A stretch of 64,000 nucleotides of DNA from Eledone cirrhosa (taxonomy: Eukaryota), in the NCBI GenBank assembly GCA_964016885.1, contig OZ024746.1, positions 16,678,001 to 16,742,000 on the forward strand. The letters run 5' to 3'. Below, one piece after another: positions 21,261 through 33,940 of this stretch. Both the position numbers and the translations under genes were made by a program. The notes below the pieces were generated by a model. That model saw only the letters and a list, made by a program, of their open reading frames with translations. It was not told where the DNA came from and ran no database searches. Within the stretch, counting starts at the first letter, position 1, and every line of letters begins with the position of its first letter.

Positions 21261-21262
<2 letters not shown>
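20591..21262. mobile_element. Further family B fragments (20591-20695 minus, 21163-21202 minus, 21203-21262 plus) flanking two tandem copies of an unidentified repeat end (20835-21150)
   Basis: 21203-21262 is the near reverse complement of 20591-20650. GGACCATAACGCACCA.AGTACTCAATACTTAGGGTAGTAGAGTGGG is shared with 23122-23170. Confidence 0.7.
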
Positions 21263-21294
<32 letters not shown>

Positions 21295-21763
21295 TATTTT
21301 ACTTAACCTATCGTAATTATCTTATTAGTTTTAGTTAATTATACATCAACATCAGTATAAATTATAGTGAATTCATTATTTTTAGTGATAAATGTTTTTA
21401 TTAAAGAAATCATTGTTAATATTATAATTACAAATTTGTTTGTATTTCTTGTATTTCCATACAACATATATATAAGATTAAATATTTAGAGGCGAAGAAA
21501 AGAAAATGAATTAGTAAGGTAGAAAAGTAAGACAAGAAAAATGTTATAAAACTGAGTAGGTTACCTACTCTACAATGCTTGATGCAATCTATAACTATTT
21601 TACATCATTCTGTTTGTAAAGAAAAAAAAGAGAGAGGCAGAGAATTAACTTATTTTAACACTTTCAGTAATGTTTCTCTGTACAAACGCATGATCGATCT
21701 GTAAAAAATATTCTCCAACGCATATACCTCTCTTTCTCTATACACACACATAAATATACATAC

Positions 21764-21809
<46 letters not shown>

Positions 21810-21945
21810 TGATTTAAAACTGCACTATTCACAAGTGTTTCTTAACCTTCATATCTGACGAAAACGCAAATGTTATTGCATGATGATATTTGTTTTTGAA
21901 ATGCGCATAATAAAATACATAGAACTCTTTTAACCATCTTTTGAT

Positions 21946-21980
<35 letters not shown>

Positions 21981-22272
21981 GCACACACACACACGCACAC
22001 ACACACGCACGCACACGCACACATACACACACACACGTCTGTATGTATACGATATGTATTGACTAAAAGAAAATCTAGATATATTGTTTTAGGTTTGGCA
22101 ATAGTACATTGTTTATACTTTTTTTTTATATTATCATTCATGGTTAGTTAATTTATTTTAATATTAATTAGCAAAAATCTTTAAATTAACATTAATTGAA
22201 CCTTTGATTGGAGAACGTGTTTTTTTATTTCACTCGCAATTTATTTTTTCTAAACATGACTTGAACTTTGAT

Positions 22273-23106
22273 TATATATATATATATATATATTTGTGTA
22301 TTTATATATATATATATTTGTGTGTTTATATATATATATTTGTGTGTTTATATATATATATATTTGTGTGTTTATATATATATATATTTGTGTATTTATA
22401 TATATATATATTTGTGTGTTTATATATATTTGTGTATTTATATATATATATATTTGTGTATTTATATATATATATTTGTGTGTTTATATATATATATTTG
22501 TGTGTTTATATATATATATTTGTGTGTTTATATATATATATTTGTGTGTTTATATATATATATATATATTTGTGTGTTTATATATATATATTTGTGTATT
22601 TATATATATATATTTGTGTATTTATATATATATATTTGTGTATTTATATATATATATTTGTGTGTTTATATATATATATTTGTGTGTTTATATATATATA
22701 TTTGTGTGTTTATATATATATATATATTTGTGTGTTTATATATATATATAGTTATGTAATAAACAACATAAGGCAATTATATCATTTACCAGTGGTTTCT
22801 TAAAAGCAAAAAAATTTTGCTTTCAATCATCAGAATGAGAAAATCCTGGTGTATTTATTGACGTTGGAATATATATATATTTGTGTGTTTATATATATTT
22901 GTGTGTTTATATATATATATTTGTGTGTTTATATATATATATTTGTGTGTTTATATATATATATTTGTGTGTTTATATATATATATTTGTGTGTTTATAT
23001 ATATATTTGTGTGTTTATATATATATTTGTGTGTTTATATATATATTTGTGTTTATATATATATTTGTGTGTTTATATATATATTTGTGTTTATATATAT
23101 ATATAT
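22273..23106. repeat. TTTGTGTGTT(TA)n compound array, interrupted by the hammerhead element at 22750-22870
   Basis: The same variant unit occurs on both sides of the insert. Confidence 0.95.
22782..22838 (-). ncRNA. Type I hammerhead ribozyme, complete core, in a ~120-nt element (22750-22870; family A)
   Basis: Minus strand reads UCAUU CUGAUGA UUGAAAGCAAAA UUU UUUUGCUUUUAA GAAA CCACUGG UA AAUGA: 5-bp stem I, CUGAUGA, 12-bp stem II, GAAA, short stem III and a GUA cleavage triplet. Confidence 0.85.
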
Positions 23107-23113
23107 AATGTAT

Positions 23114-23267
23114 ATAACAGATGGACCATAACGCACCAGAGTACTCAATACTTAGGGTAGTAGAGTGGGAAATGGGAAAAAGTATGACCCCGACGGCAGA
23201 GCTCAAGCTTTTTCGACGGCTATTTCCGAAACGGCTTGAGCTCTGCCGTCGGGGTCATACTTTTTCC
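23114..23267. mobile_element. Family B element: inverted (tail-out) structure with the 3' half of a hammerhead
   Basis: Perfect 34-bp arms at 23175-23208 and 23234-23267. Plus strand reads GA-C-GG CUAUUU CC GAAA CGGC UUGAGCUCU GCCG UC GGGGUC. Confidence 0.7.
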
Positions 23268-23279
23268 TATATATATATA

Positions 23280-23318
<39 letters not shown>

Positions 23319-23819
23319 AAGATGTTACGATTTAAAAGACTCGACATAGTACTCGATAAAAGTAATTAGTGTATTTATTCTAAACTTAAACTGTTTCGAA
23401 TTATATATATCTAACTATTGTTTTTTATTTAATGACCGCGAATCCTTTGAATTTTTCATCTCCCGGCCACATTCGTGTTTTTTCTCCGTTTTATTCTACA
23501 CTTCCACGTAATCATTGCCTCATCTTTTTCCCGACCACTATTTCTTCACTTTAAAACAGCAGCTAAAGCATTTATTCTGTATTAATTAACTATAGCACTA
23601 ACACGCCGTGTCACCATACATACCTTTAGTATTATTCTGTATTTATAAATATAAATACATAGATACTACATTAAGCCTTACTAATGCTTCATATCTATTC
23701 TTGAATCTGTTACGTGACAGATGTACCTATATATAAATATATATAATGAAAAGTATTATATCCATCTATCTCTCCATCATTTTTATTTTATAACACACCT
23801 TACGGCAGCTATATATATA

Positions 23820-24260
23820 TATATATATATATATAATGTGGCACTTATAACTGTCTAAACACACCTATGTTGTGTGATTGTATGTGTGTGTATATATATA
23901 TATAATGTGGCACTTATAACTATGTCTAAACACACCTATGTTGTGTGATTGTATGTGTGTGTATATATATATATAATGTGGCACTTATAACTATGTCTAA
24001 ACACACCTATGTTGTGTGATTGTATGTGTGTGTATATATATATATATAATGTGGCACTTATAACTATGTCTAAACACACCTATGTTGTGTGATTGTATGT
24101 GTACATAATATATATATGTATATATAATGTGGCACTTATAACTATGTCTAAACACACCTATGTTGTGTGATTGTATGTGTATATAATATATATATGTATA
24201 TATAATGTGGCACTTATAACTATGTCTAAACAGCTATGTTGTAGATTGTGAGTATATATA
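23820..24260. repeat. Tandem repeat of about 65-70 bp, about 6 copies
   Basis: AATGTGGCACTTATAACTATGTCTAAACACACCTATGTTGTGTGATTG separated by TG/TA runs. Confidence 0.92.
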
Positions 24261-25934
24261 TATATATATTAAATGTGTGTGTATATATACATATATATAT
24301 AGAATGTGTGTACACTCGCTTATGTATATATGGCACACCACACTGTCTAAATACACCCACACATGTCAAGTTCTATCTTTTCCAGTTTTTTTTATAGAAA
24401 AATAGGGCTTCTCTCTCTATATATATATATAAACACGTGAGTGTTTGTCAATTACGTAACAATTCTATTGAAGACGGTAATTTAACTTTTCTATATCAGC
24501 CAAAACTAACAAACACACGCACAAACAAAAAGTGATTGTAATCGTACACAATGATGTGTTTGTCTATGTTATCTAGATTATATAAATACTTCAATATATA
24601 AAGCTAGATATATTTTTTAGCTTTCACTTTTTGCTTCCACATTCATATGTCAACAATTGACATAGATTAAAATTATCGCTGGTTTATTGTCATCAACTTT
24701 ACATTACCTTACCACTCTTATATTACTTCATAATTTCTCAGCCTATATATGGTTGAGAAAGTTTTAATCCTTTTAATACCAGCCTGCACGAAACTGTATG
24801 ATTTTATGATTAAAAAAACTCAAGACCCTATAATCCTTCTCTATATTGAAGTAAAAATAAAATCGGCCGAGTCGATGTATGATTGTAATTAAATAAGTGA
24901 ATGAAAAGAAAAACAAAGGAGAAAAATATGTAGTTAACTGCAAATATAAAACTAATATGGAAGGAATTAAGAAAGAAAATCTATATTTCATCCATTATCA
25001 CATGGAATAGAACCTTAATTTATACTTCAATATAGAAAAGACAGGATTTTCCCCCAAACTCCCTGTTTCTGTCATCCTTTTACGTAAGAACTAGCCCAAT
25101 AATGAAAATATTTATAGCTATATTAAATTCTTCCAAATATTTTTGTTTTACAGTGGAAGGTGGAGGTAGTTATAAGAAAAACTTGCTAATAATAAAAGTT
25201 CAAGGCAAAAGTTTATATCTTATATTGATTTCCAATTTAGGCACAAGGTCAGCAATTTTGGGTGAGGGGTCGATTATATGGATCCAGTACTTGATTTATA
25301 CTTTATTTTATCTTTTTTTTTCTCGCTTTGATCATAGATTTTTGTGTATATTATATGTGTTTATATTTTCATTCTGTTAGAATTATAAACAATTTGTCAT
25401 GTTATTTATACAACTGTGAATAATAATAAAAATATGTTTCCTCAACCCCAGAGGAATGAAAGGCACAGTTGACTTCAGCTAGATTTGAAGCCAGAACAAA
25501 TACCACAGTGGCATTGATAATAATAATTTGTAATACATGCTTGCCAATACAGATCTGTAGACACCTATGATACTAAAAGATCGGGGAATTAGCTTGCAGT
25601 AGATGAGACAACAAAGTAGAGAGAAGATGCGGGCCATGTCAAGCATATGACAATCTCCCTAATGTTGATGCCACGATAAACTGCATCCAGTACACTTTGT
25701 AAAGTGATTAGCTTTATGAAGGACATCCAGCTATAGAAACCATCTCAAAATATGGAACGTATGAACAATTTGTTGTTGACTTACCTGCCTAGTATAGGAC
25801 CATTACAACATGTCCAACTCATGCCAGCAGAGAAAGAGGACATACAATGATGATGATAAAGATTTATTATGTCAGTTTACTTATATTCTGTATTAAATGA
25901 CTGTTTTGTTTTGTTTTTGTTACTTCCAGCAATA

Positions 25935-25967
25935 ATGAGTTGGTGTGAAGGTGTCTCTCCATTGTAA
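25935..25967 (+). other. uORF (MSWCEGVSPL*) in the BLZF1 5' UTR
   Basis: ATG 5 nt into the exon, TAA at 25965-67, out of frame with and 25 nt upstream of the main ATG. Confidence 0.55.
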
Positions 25968-25992
25968 TATAGATTATCATCGAAGTGAGACA

Positions 25993-26313
25993 ATGAAAGG
26001 TGCCAAGAGTCAGAGAAAGTTAGTGAAAACTAACGTTGCCGATGGTTCTACAATCATCGTTAAACATGCACAATTAAAACACAGTAACCAAATAAATTCT
26101 AAATCTAAAAAGGAACCAAGTGGTTTGAGAACCTCCACTGTTTTTAATAACCCTCCTCAGCGAGAACAGGGTATGGATTTGTCTGTGGTGCCAAATAACT
26201 TCCATCCGTCCTCTTCCTCTTCATCAACTTCCAGTAGTTCAGTTGTCTACACAAAAAAGAGATACTCAACAGAACCTCTGACTGACTCACTAAATTCCAG
26301 TGGACCATTACAG
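25993..26313 (+). CDS. BLZF1: Golgin-45 (BLZF1/JEM-1) orthologue, coding exon 1 (exon begins at 25930 after ttccag; ATG at 25993)
   Basis: Acceptor ttccAG at 25928-29, in-frame TGA at 25936 upstream of the ATG, ORF MKGAKSQRKLVK...SSGPLQ, donor cag|GTAAGT. Phase 0 joins the next exon. The N-terminus is poorly conserved, so this exon is assigned by splice and frame compatibility. Confidence 0.75.
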
Positions 26314-27759
26314 GTAAGTCTTCATTTATTCACCTTCATTATGTATGTATGTATACATTCATATATATATATATATATATATACATATATACATACATTT
26401 ATCAAAGTGATTTGAACCACTTCACTACCGGATGGACGTACATGGCCACCGTCATATCACAATGATTGCATAAACATCTGACGAATTCACATGAATAACC
26501 ATATAACAAAAATATATATAATGTAATAAACAATTACGGTGATTTAATCTCGTCTCAACTACCATTATTTGATAAATGAATCGGTGGATTGGCAGTATCG
26601 GTAGAGGGTCAGACGCTATGCTTTGCAGCATAGTAACGTCCCTTTACAGACTGAGTTCAAATCCCGTCGGGGTCGATAAAATAAAGTACCAGTAATGCAC
26701 TGGGTAATTGCTGGCTTTGTGCCAAAAGTAGAAACAATTATTTGATAAAGGAATACTCCATCACTCATCACCTACCTGGGATAAACTACTGACGTGTAGT
26801 GCTTTGGATCGTTAGGACCTGCTTATTAGGAAGTTACTACATAACAATGAAGATAAACAACACTCTTGTTTTTTAACATCTATCTTCCATGCTAGCATGG
26901 GTATATATATATATAGTAATAATAATAAATTTAAAGACTAAAATCCAAAGAGGGCTCGATAAGGATAAATATATATCAAATATATAAGAACCATAGAGCA
27001 AATATTTATTAAAATATATATATACTGGCAAGTTAACAGAGAAGATAGACTTTGTATATGACAGATACACAGGAAAAATAAGTATTAAGAGTACATGTGA
27101 AGTAGATTGTCTTAACTTTTATGTAAAAACCTTTGTTTGAAATACCAAATTAATAATTATTTATATTTTATTAAACCCTTCCAAGTTCTTGATTATTTTC
27201 AAAATGATTTAATAATCATAATTTTTCATTAGAAATGTGGTCACAAAATGTTTAAATACCCAAAACATACTGTATATAAAACTACACCCCTACAACTTCA
27301 TCAGGGTGTGGGAAGGGACCATTCTAACCCCTCTGCTGCATTCAAGAACCTTCCACAAGTCTGAAATTTGGTAAATTTTTTTATAACTTTAACATATTTG
27401 TGTGTATATGGACCTGTATCTCCTATTGGAGTTGTAGTGGCACCAAAGTGACATACAGTGTCTTGAGCACTTTAAATCTTGTGGAACCCATCCATTCTCC
27501 AGGTCTGAACACAACCAATTTCCTCCAGAGAAGGAAAGAGGAAGTGAGAAATATATATATATATAGAGAGGATGAATTAAGCCCAAGTACATGACTGGTA
27601 CTTTTTTAGTATCAGCCTTGAAAGTATGAAAAGCAAAGTTGATCTTGGCAGGATTTGAACTTAGATAGCCGGAATGAATGCCACAAACCATTATCCAATC
27701 TTCTGAAGACTGCCAATTTGATACATTTATTAACATATCAACTGTCTTATATTTTCCAG

Positions 27760-28100
27760 AGGGTTTTAAAGCCAGTGAACGTGGTTGATCCATTAATGGC
27801 TTCCGGTGTTGATATGACTGTTGGTACCAGTAATTCTGATGGAAACAACGAACCTAACAGCAACCCTGGAGAGTCCTTCACTGGTTCTGTCATTCCATCT
27901 ACCATTTCTCACCTGGACTTAATTAATGGACCAAAGTGTTGGAGAGATTCATGTAACGAGGAAAAGAAATTATTTCAACGAGAAATTGAATCATTAAGAT
28001 CTCAATTAGATGTGCAAGTACAGGTGAATAGTGAATTGAAGAAATTATTGGTTGCTTCCCTTGGTGAAGATTTACAATATCGAGTGGAGAAACTGCTGAG
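27760..28100 (+). CDS. BLZF1: Golgin-45 coding exon 2 (start of coiled coil)
   Basis: ttttccAG|AGG. Encodes ...LRSQLDVQVQVNSELKKLLVASLGEDLQYRVEKLL, matching the Golgin-45 ELKKLLVASVGDDLQ-type motif. Donor AG|GTAGGG, phase 2. Confidence 0.93.
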
Positions 28101-28259
28101 GTAGGGTTTATTGATTTCTAATAACTTTAATAGTGATCAATAATTTCAATTGCCTGGTTCATCAATCATTTCATTATCTCTCTTACCTGCTTACCTTGCT
28201 TCTTCCATTTCTCTCCCCTAAAACACTCTGCCATTACTATCTCTCTTCTATTATTCTCA

Positions 28260-31200
28260 ACCATTACACCCTACCATCACTGTCTTCCTTCTCCATCACA
28301 TCCTACCATCACTGTCTCTCTCCCCCATCACATCCTACCATCACTGTCTCTCTCCCCCATCACACCCTACCATCACTGTCTCTCTCCCCCATCACATCCT
28401 ACCATCACTGTCTCTCTCCCCCATCACACTCTATCATCACTGTCTCTCTCCCCCATCACACTCTATCATCACTGTCTCTCTCCCCCATCACACTCTATCA
28501 TCACTGTCTCTCTCCCCCATCACACTCTACCATCACTGTCTCTCTCCCCCATCACATCCTACCATCACTGTCTCTCTCCCCCATCACACCCTACCATCAC
28601 TGTCTCTCTCCCCCATCACATCCTACCATCACTCTCTCTCTCCCCCATCACACCCTACCATCACTGTCTCTCTCCCCCATCACATCCTACCATCAGTGTC
28701 TCTCTCCCCCATCACATCCTACCATCACTGTCTCTCTCCCCCATCACATCCTACCATCACTGTCTCTCTCCCCCATCACACCCTACCATCACTGTCTCTC
28801 TCCCCCATCACATCCTACCATCACTGTCTCTCTCCCCCATCACATCCTACCATCACTGTCTCTCTCCCTCCATCACACCCTACCATCACTGTCTCTCTCC
28901 CTCCATCACACCCTACCATCACTGTCTCTCTCCCCCCATCACATCCTACCATCACTGTCTCTCTCCCCCATCACACCCTACCATCACTGTCTCTCTCCCC
29001 CATCACATCCTACCATCACTGTCTCTCTCCCCCATCACATCCTACCATCACTGTCTCTCTCCCTCCATCACACCCTACCATCACTGTCTCTCTCCCCCAT
29101 CACACCCTACCATCACTGTCTCTCTCCCCCCATCACACCCTACCATCACTGTCTCTCTCCCCCATCACACCATACCATTACTGTCTCTCTCCCCCATCAC
29201 ACTCTACCATCACTGTCTCTCTCCCCCCATCACACCCTACCATCACTGTCTCTCTCCCCCATCACACCATACCATTACTGTCTCTCTCCCTCATCACACC
29301 CTACCATCACTGTCTCTCTCCTCCATCACACCCTACCATCACTGTCTCTCTCCCCCATCACACCCTACCATCACTGTCTCTCTCCCCCATCACACCCTAC
29401 CATCACTGTCTCTCTCCCCCATCACACCCTACCATCACTGTATCTCTTCCCCATTACACCATACCATCACTGTCTCTCTCCCCCATCACACCCTACCATC
29501 ACTGTCTCTCTTCCCCCATCACACCCTACCATCACTGTCTCTCTCCCCCATCACACCATACCATCACTGTCTCTCTCCCCCATCACACCCTACCATCACT
29601 GTCTCTCTCCCCCATCACACCCTACCATCACTCTCTCTTTGCCCCATCACACCATACCATCACTGTCTCTCTCCTCCATCACACCCTACCATCACTGTCT
29701 CTCTCCTCCATCACACCCTACCATCACTGTCTCTCTCCCCCATCACACCCTACCATCACTGTCTCTCTCCCCCATCACACCCTACCATCACTGTCTCTCT
29801 CCTCCATCACACCCTACCATCACTGTCTCTCTCCCCCATCACACCCTACCATCACTGTCTCTCTCCCCCATCACACCCTACCATCCCTGTCTCTCTCCCC
29901 CATCACATCCTACCATCACTGTCTCTCTCCCCCATCACACCCTACCATCACTGTCTCTCTCCCTCATCACACCCTACCATCCCTGTCTCTCTCCCCCATC
30001 ACATCCTACCATCACTGTCTCTCTCCCCCATCACATCCTACCATCACTGTCTCTCTCCCCCATCACACCCTACCATCACTGTCTCTCTCCCCCATCACAT
30101 CCTACCATCACTGTCTCTCTCCCCCATCACACCCTACCATCACTGTCTCTCTCCCTCATCACACCCTACCATCCCTGTCTCTCTCCCCCATCACATCCTA
30201 CCATCACTGTCTCTCTCCCCCATCACATCCTACCATCACTGTCTCTCTCCCCCATCACACCATACCATCACTGTCTCTCTCCTCCATCACACCCTACCAT
30301 CACTGTCTCTCTCCCCCATCACACCCTACCATCACTGTCTCTCTCCCCCATCACACCCTACCATCACTGTCTCTCTCCCCCATCACACCCTACCATCACT
30401 GTCTCTCTCCCTCATCACACCCTACCATCCCTGTCTCTCTCCCCCATCACATCCTACCATCACTGTCTCTCTCCCCCATCACATCCTACCATCACTGTCT
30501 CTCTCCCCCATCACACCATACCATCACTGTCTCTCTCCTCCATCACACCCTACCATCACTGTCTCTCTCCCCCATCACACCCTACCATCACTGTCTCTCT
30601 CCCCCATCACACCCTACCATCACTGTCTCTCTCCTCCATCACACCCTACCATCACTGTCTCTCTCCCCCATCACACCCTACCATCACTGTCTCTCTCCCC
30701 CATCACACCCTACCATCTCTGTCTCTCTCCCCCATCACATCCTACCATCACTGTCTCTCTCCCCCATCACACCCTACCATCACTGTCTCTCTCCCCCATC
30801 ACACCCTACCATCCCTGTCTCTCTCCTACCATCACTGTCTCTCTCCCCCATCACATCCTACCATCACTGTCTCTCTCCCCCATCACACCCTACCATCACT
30901 GTCTCTCTCCCCCATCACATCCTACCATCACTGTCTCTCTCCCCCATCACACCCTACCATCACTGTCTCTCTCCCTCATCACACCCTACCATCCCTGTCT
31001 CTCTCCCCCATCACATCCTACCATCACTGTCTCTCTCCCCCATCACATCCTACCATCACTGTCTCTCTCCCCCATCACACCCTACCATCACTGTCTCTCT
31101 CCCTCATCACATCCTACCATCACTGTCTCTCTCCCCCATCACATCCTACCATCCCTGTCTCTCTCCCCCATCACACCCTACCATCACTCTCTCTTTCCCC

Positions 31201-31475
31201 CATCACACCCTACCATCACTCTCTCTCTCCCCCATCACACCCTACCATCACTGTCTCTCTCCTCCATCACACCCTACCATCACTGTCTCTCTCCCCCCAT
31301 CACACCATACCATCACTGTCTCTCTCCCCCCAATCACACCATACCATCACTGTCTCTCTCCCCCCAATCACACCCTACCATCACTGTCTCTCTCCCCCAT
31401 CACACCATACCATCACTCTCTCTTTCCCCCATCACACCCTACCATCACTGTCTCTCTCCCCCCAATCACACCCTG
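28260..31475. repeat. 32-bp C-rich minisatellite, about 100 copies, in the intron after coding exon 2
   Basis: Unit ATCACACCCTACCATCACTGTCTCTCTCCCCC. The 32-aa periodicity in the spurious ORFs equals 3 units. Confidence 0.98.
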
Positions 31476-31859
31476 TCATTACTGGCTCTCTTCTGCGAGT
31501 ACAGTGAAAGCTATGCTATGGCTTATGTTTATGTCAATCCCAAGCTCACCTATTTATTTGGAGTAACTGCCGTCTTTGGATGAGTTGCTTTTATTAGGGC
31601 TTACAGGCTCTATATCTACCCTGTGCAGTTTTATTTATTTGGAATTACTGCAATTTTAAACAGGTTTCTTCCCCATTACATATGTAGTCACATCTACCTG
31701 GTATAGTTTTATTTATTCCAAGCGACTACTCTCTTAGACAGGCTGCTTTCCCTGTGACATATATAGTCCACCTCTACTTAGTATAGTTTTATTTATTTGA
31801 AATGACTGCTCATTTAGATAGGTTGCCTTCCCATCAACTTATTTGACTTTTTCTTACAG

Positions 31860-31982
31860 GGATAAAGCCCAGTTGTCATTGGAAGTTGGTGGTTATACAA
31901 AGAAAGTCTCTGAAGACTATGAAAACCTTGATCGGTTGTCCATTCAAGCTGACATTTGGAGAAGCAAGTTTATGGCCAGCAG
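31860..31982 (+). CDS. BLZF1: Golgin-45 coding exon 3
   Basis: ttcttacAG|G. Encodes DKAQLSLEVGGYTKKVSEDYENLDRLSIQADIWRSKFMAS (vertebrate ERMSIQCDVWRSKFLAS). Donor AG|GTAAAA. 123 nt, phase 2-2. This frame is not in the ORF track. Confidence 0.95.
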
Positions 31983-32377
31983 GTAAAATTACTTTCACAA
32001 AAATTACATTATATATTTTTCTATATTTTCTTATATATATTATATATGATTGTTCTATGTTAATTTTGTCTCCATGGAAACAAGGGGGAGGGGGACACAC
32101 ACACACCAATATGTACATCTATGTGTCATCTAAACACCATATTGCAGTATTCCACATCTAAACACCATATTGTGGTGGTCCACTTCTAAACACATAGTAA
32201 TGTTTAGGATGTGGCTTGTTCCTAACAGTTTATTTTCGCGGAGGCTAACTTTGTCTTTCATCCTCACTGGGTCGATAAAATAAAGTACCAGTAATACACT
32301 GAGATAATTGCTGGCCTTGTGCCAAAAGTTTATTATTCTATTGTTATGAATATTTATTAGAATTTCTATTATTGTTA

Positions 32378-32866
32378 CTAGCAGAAAAACCATCCTTCGG
32401 GTGGTTTTCTGCTAGCATGTGTAGTGTGTATATTGATATTATACACAAGTATATATACATGTAGATATGATACATCAAATAAAATCGTAATTGACAATAT
32501 ACATAGAAATTGAATGAAGACTGCGTTACACTGTCTTATGTAATCAGTAACGTAATCCATGATACATTAAAAAAAGACGATATTATATATAAACTGCATT
32601 AGGAGAAAATTAGTGACGGAAATATATGAATGTTTATTTAAGCGATCGCTAACCGGAAGTGTTGACATTTGAAAATTTTAAAGAAGTGAATCTTAAAATA
32701 AGCGACAAAATGATTTATATTTAATTAAGAATAACGAAATTTAGTAGATAAATTATGTAACATTCATTCATTGTTTATTCAAAGTAATCCAACTTATTTT
32801 ACAAACGGAATAAAAAAAATATATTCTGGACGCAGTCCCGCACTCCTTTCTTTATTATAGTTTAGA
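32378..32866 (-). mobile_element. Probable non-autonomous Helitron
   Basis: Minus strand starts A|TCTAAACTATAATAAAG and ends with a hairpin (32378-32416) and CTAG|T, i.e. an A-T target with no TSD. Confidence 0.5.
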
Positions 32867-33010
32867 TTCCTACTGTTTTCTCTTTAATGATGTCCCCTTT
32901 CCTTTACTCAATGTAAACCCTGTTCTGTGTTGTTTTTGTCTTTGTATTATCCCAGTGTTTTGGGGCCTTATGGCCAATAAAATAATAATTATTATTATTT
33001 ATTCTACTAG

Positions 33011-33139
33011 AGTTCTAATTGATGAACTGGCCAAAGGTCGAGGTGTGTTGTCTTCCCAATACCAAGAATCTCAAGATGCCATACAAAGGTTGTTAAATGA
33101 AAGACATGAATTACAATCTCACCTCATGGAATCTTACAA
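33011..33139 (+). CDS. BLZF1: Golgin-45 coding exon 4
   Basis: tactAG|A. Encodes RVLIDELAKGRGVLSSQYQESQDAIQRLLNERHELQSHLMESY (vertebrate RVMADEL...AIQDLLSER). Donor AA|GTAAGT. 129 nt, phase 2-2. Confidence 0.93.
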
Positions 33140-33384
33140 GTAAGTGGAAGAAAACTTTATCAATTTATCAAAACTGTAAAGTAGCAGTTCTCAACCAGTT
33201 GTCCATACACCCCACAGTTCTGGGGGCCCTCAAAGGTTATACTAGCTTTAATAGAAGAGTCTCAATAATATTCATGCCAATGTTTTTTTCAAATAAAGCT
33301 CTTCTTTCATGACTTATGCAACTTTTACTAAATTGGTGCAAATGTCTTCAAAGAACAACTCTCTACTTAGTTAAAAACAAATTA

Positions 33385-33940
33385 CACACTCACTGTTGAG
33401 TATCCAGACTTAACACTGTTGAGTATCCAGACTTAACACAATATACACATACACTGTTGAGTATACAGACTTCACACAATATACACATATACTGTTGAGT
33501 ATCCAGACTTAACATAATATACACATACACTGTTGAGTATCCAGACTTAACATAATATACACACTGTTGAGTATCCAGACTTAACACAATATACACATAC
33601 ACTGTTGAGTATCCAGAATTAACACAATATACACATACACTGTTGAGTATCCAGACTTAACACAATATACACACTGGGAGTATCCAGACATAACATAATA
33701 TACACACTTTTGATTATCCAGACTTAACACAATATACACACTGTTGAGTATCCAGACTTAACACAATATACACACTGTTGAGTATCCAGACTTAACACAA
33801 TATACACACTGGGAGTATCCAGACATAACATAATATACACACTTTTGATTATCCAGACTTAACACAATATACACACTGTTGAGTATCCAGACTTAACACA
33901 ATATACACACTGTTGAGTATCCAGACTTAACACAATATTT
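33385..33940. repeat. Minisatellite of about 34-40 bp, variant A
   Basis: Unit ACACTGTTGAGTATCCAGACTTAACACAATATAC. Confidence 0.95.

Noticed and set aside
21855-21890. CTGACGA as a possible hammerhead core
   Set aside because: No GAAA, stem III or stem I follows.
27270-27310. CTGATGA on the minus strand
   Set aside because: No stem II or GAAA at a suitable distance.
28133-31566. 1124-aa and 956-aa Pro/Ser/His-rich ORFs
   Set aside because: Translations of the 32-bp intronic minisatellite, cycling through all three frames of the unit.
31886-32161. ORF-track 91-aa ORF over exon 3
   Set aside because: Wrong frame; the splice-compatible frame gives the Golgin-45 motif.
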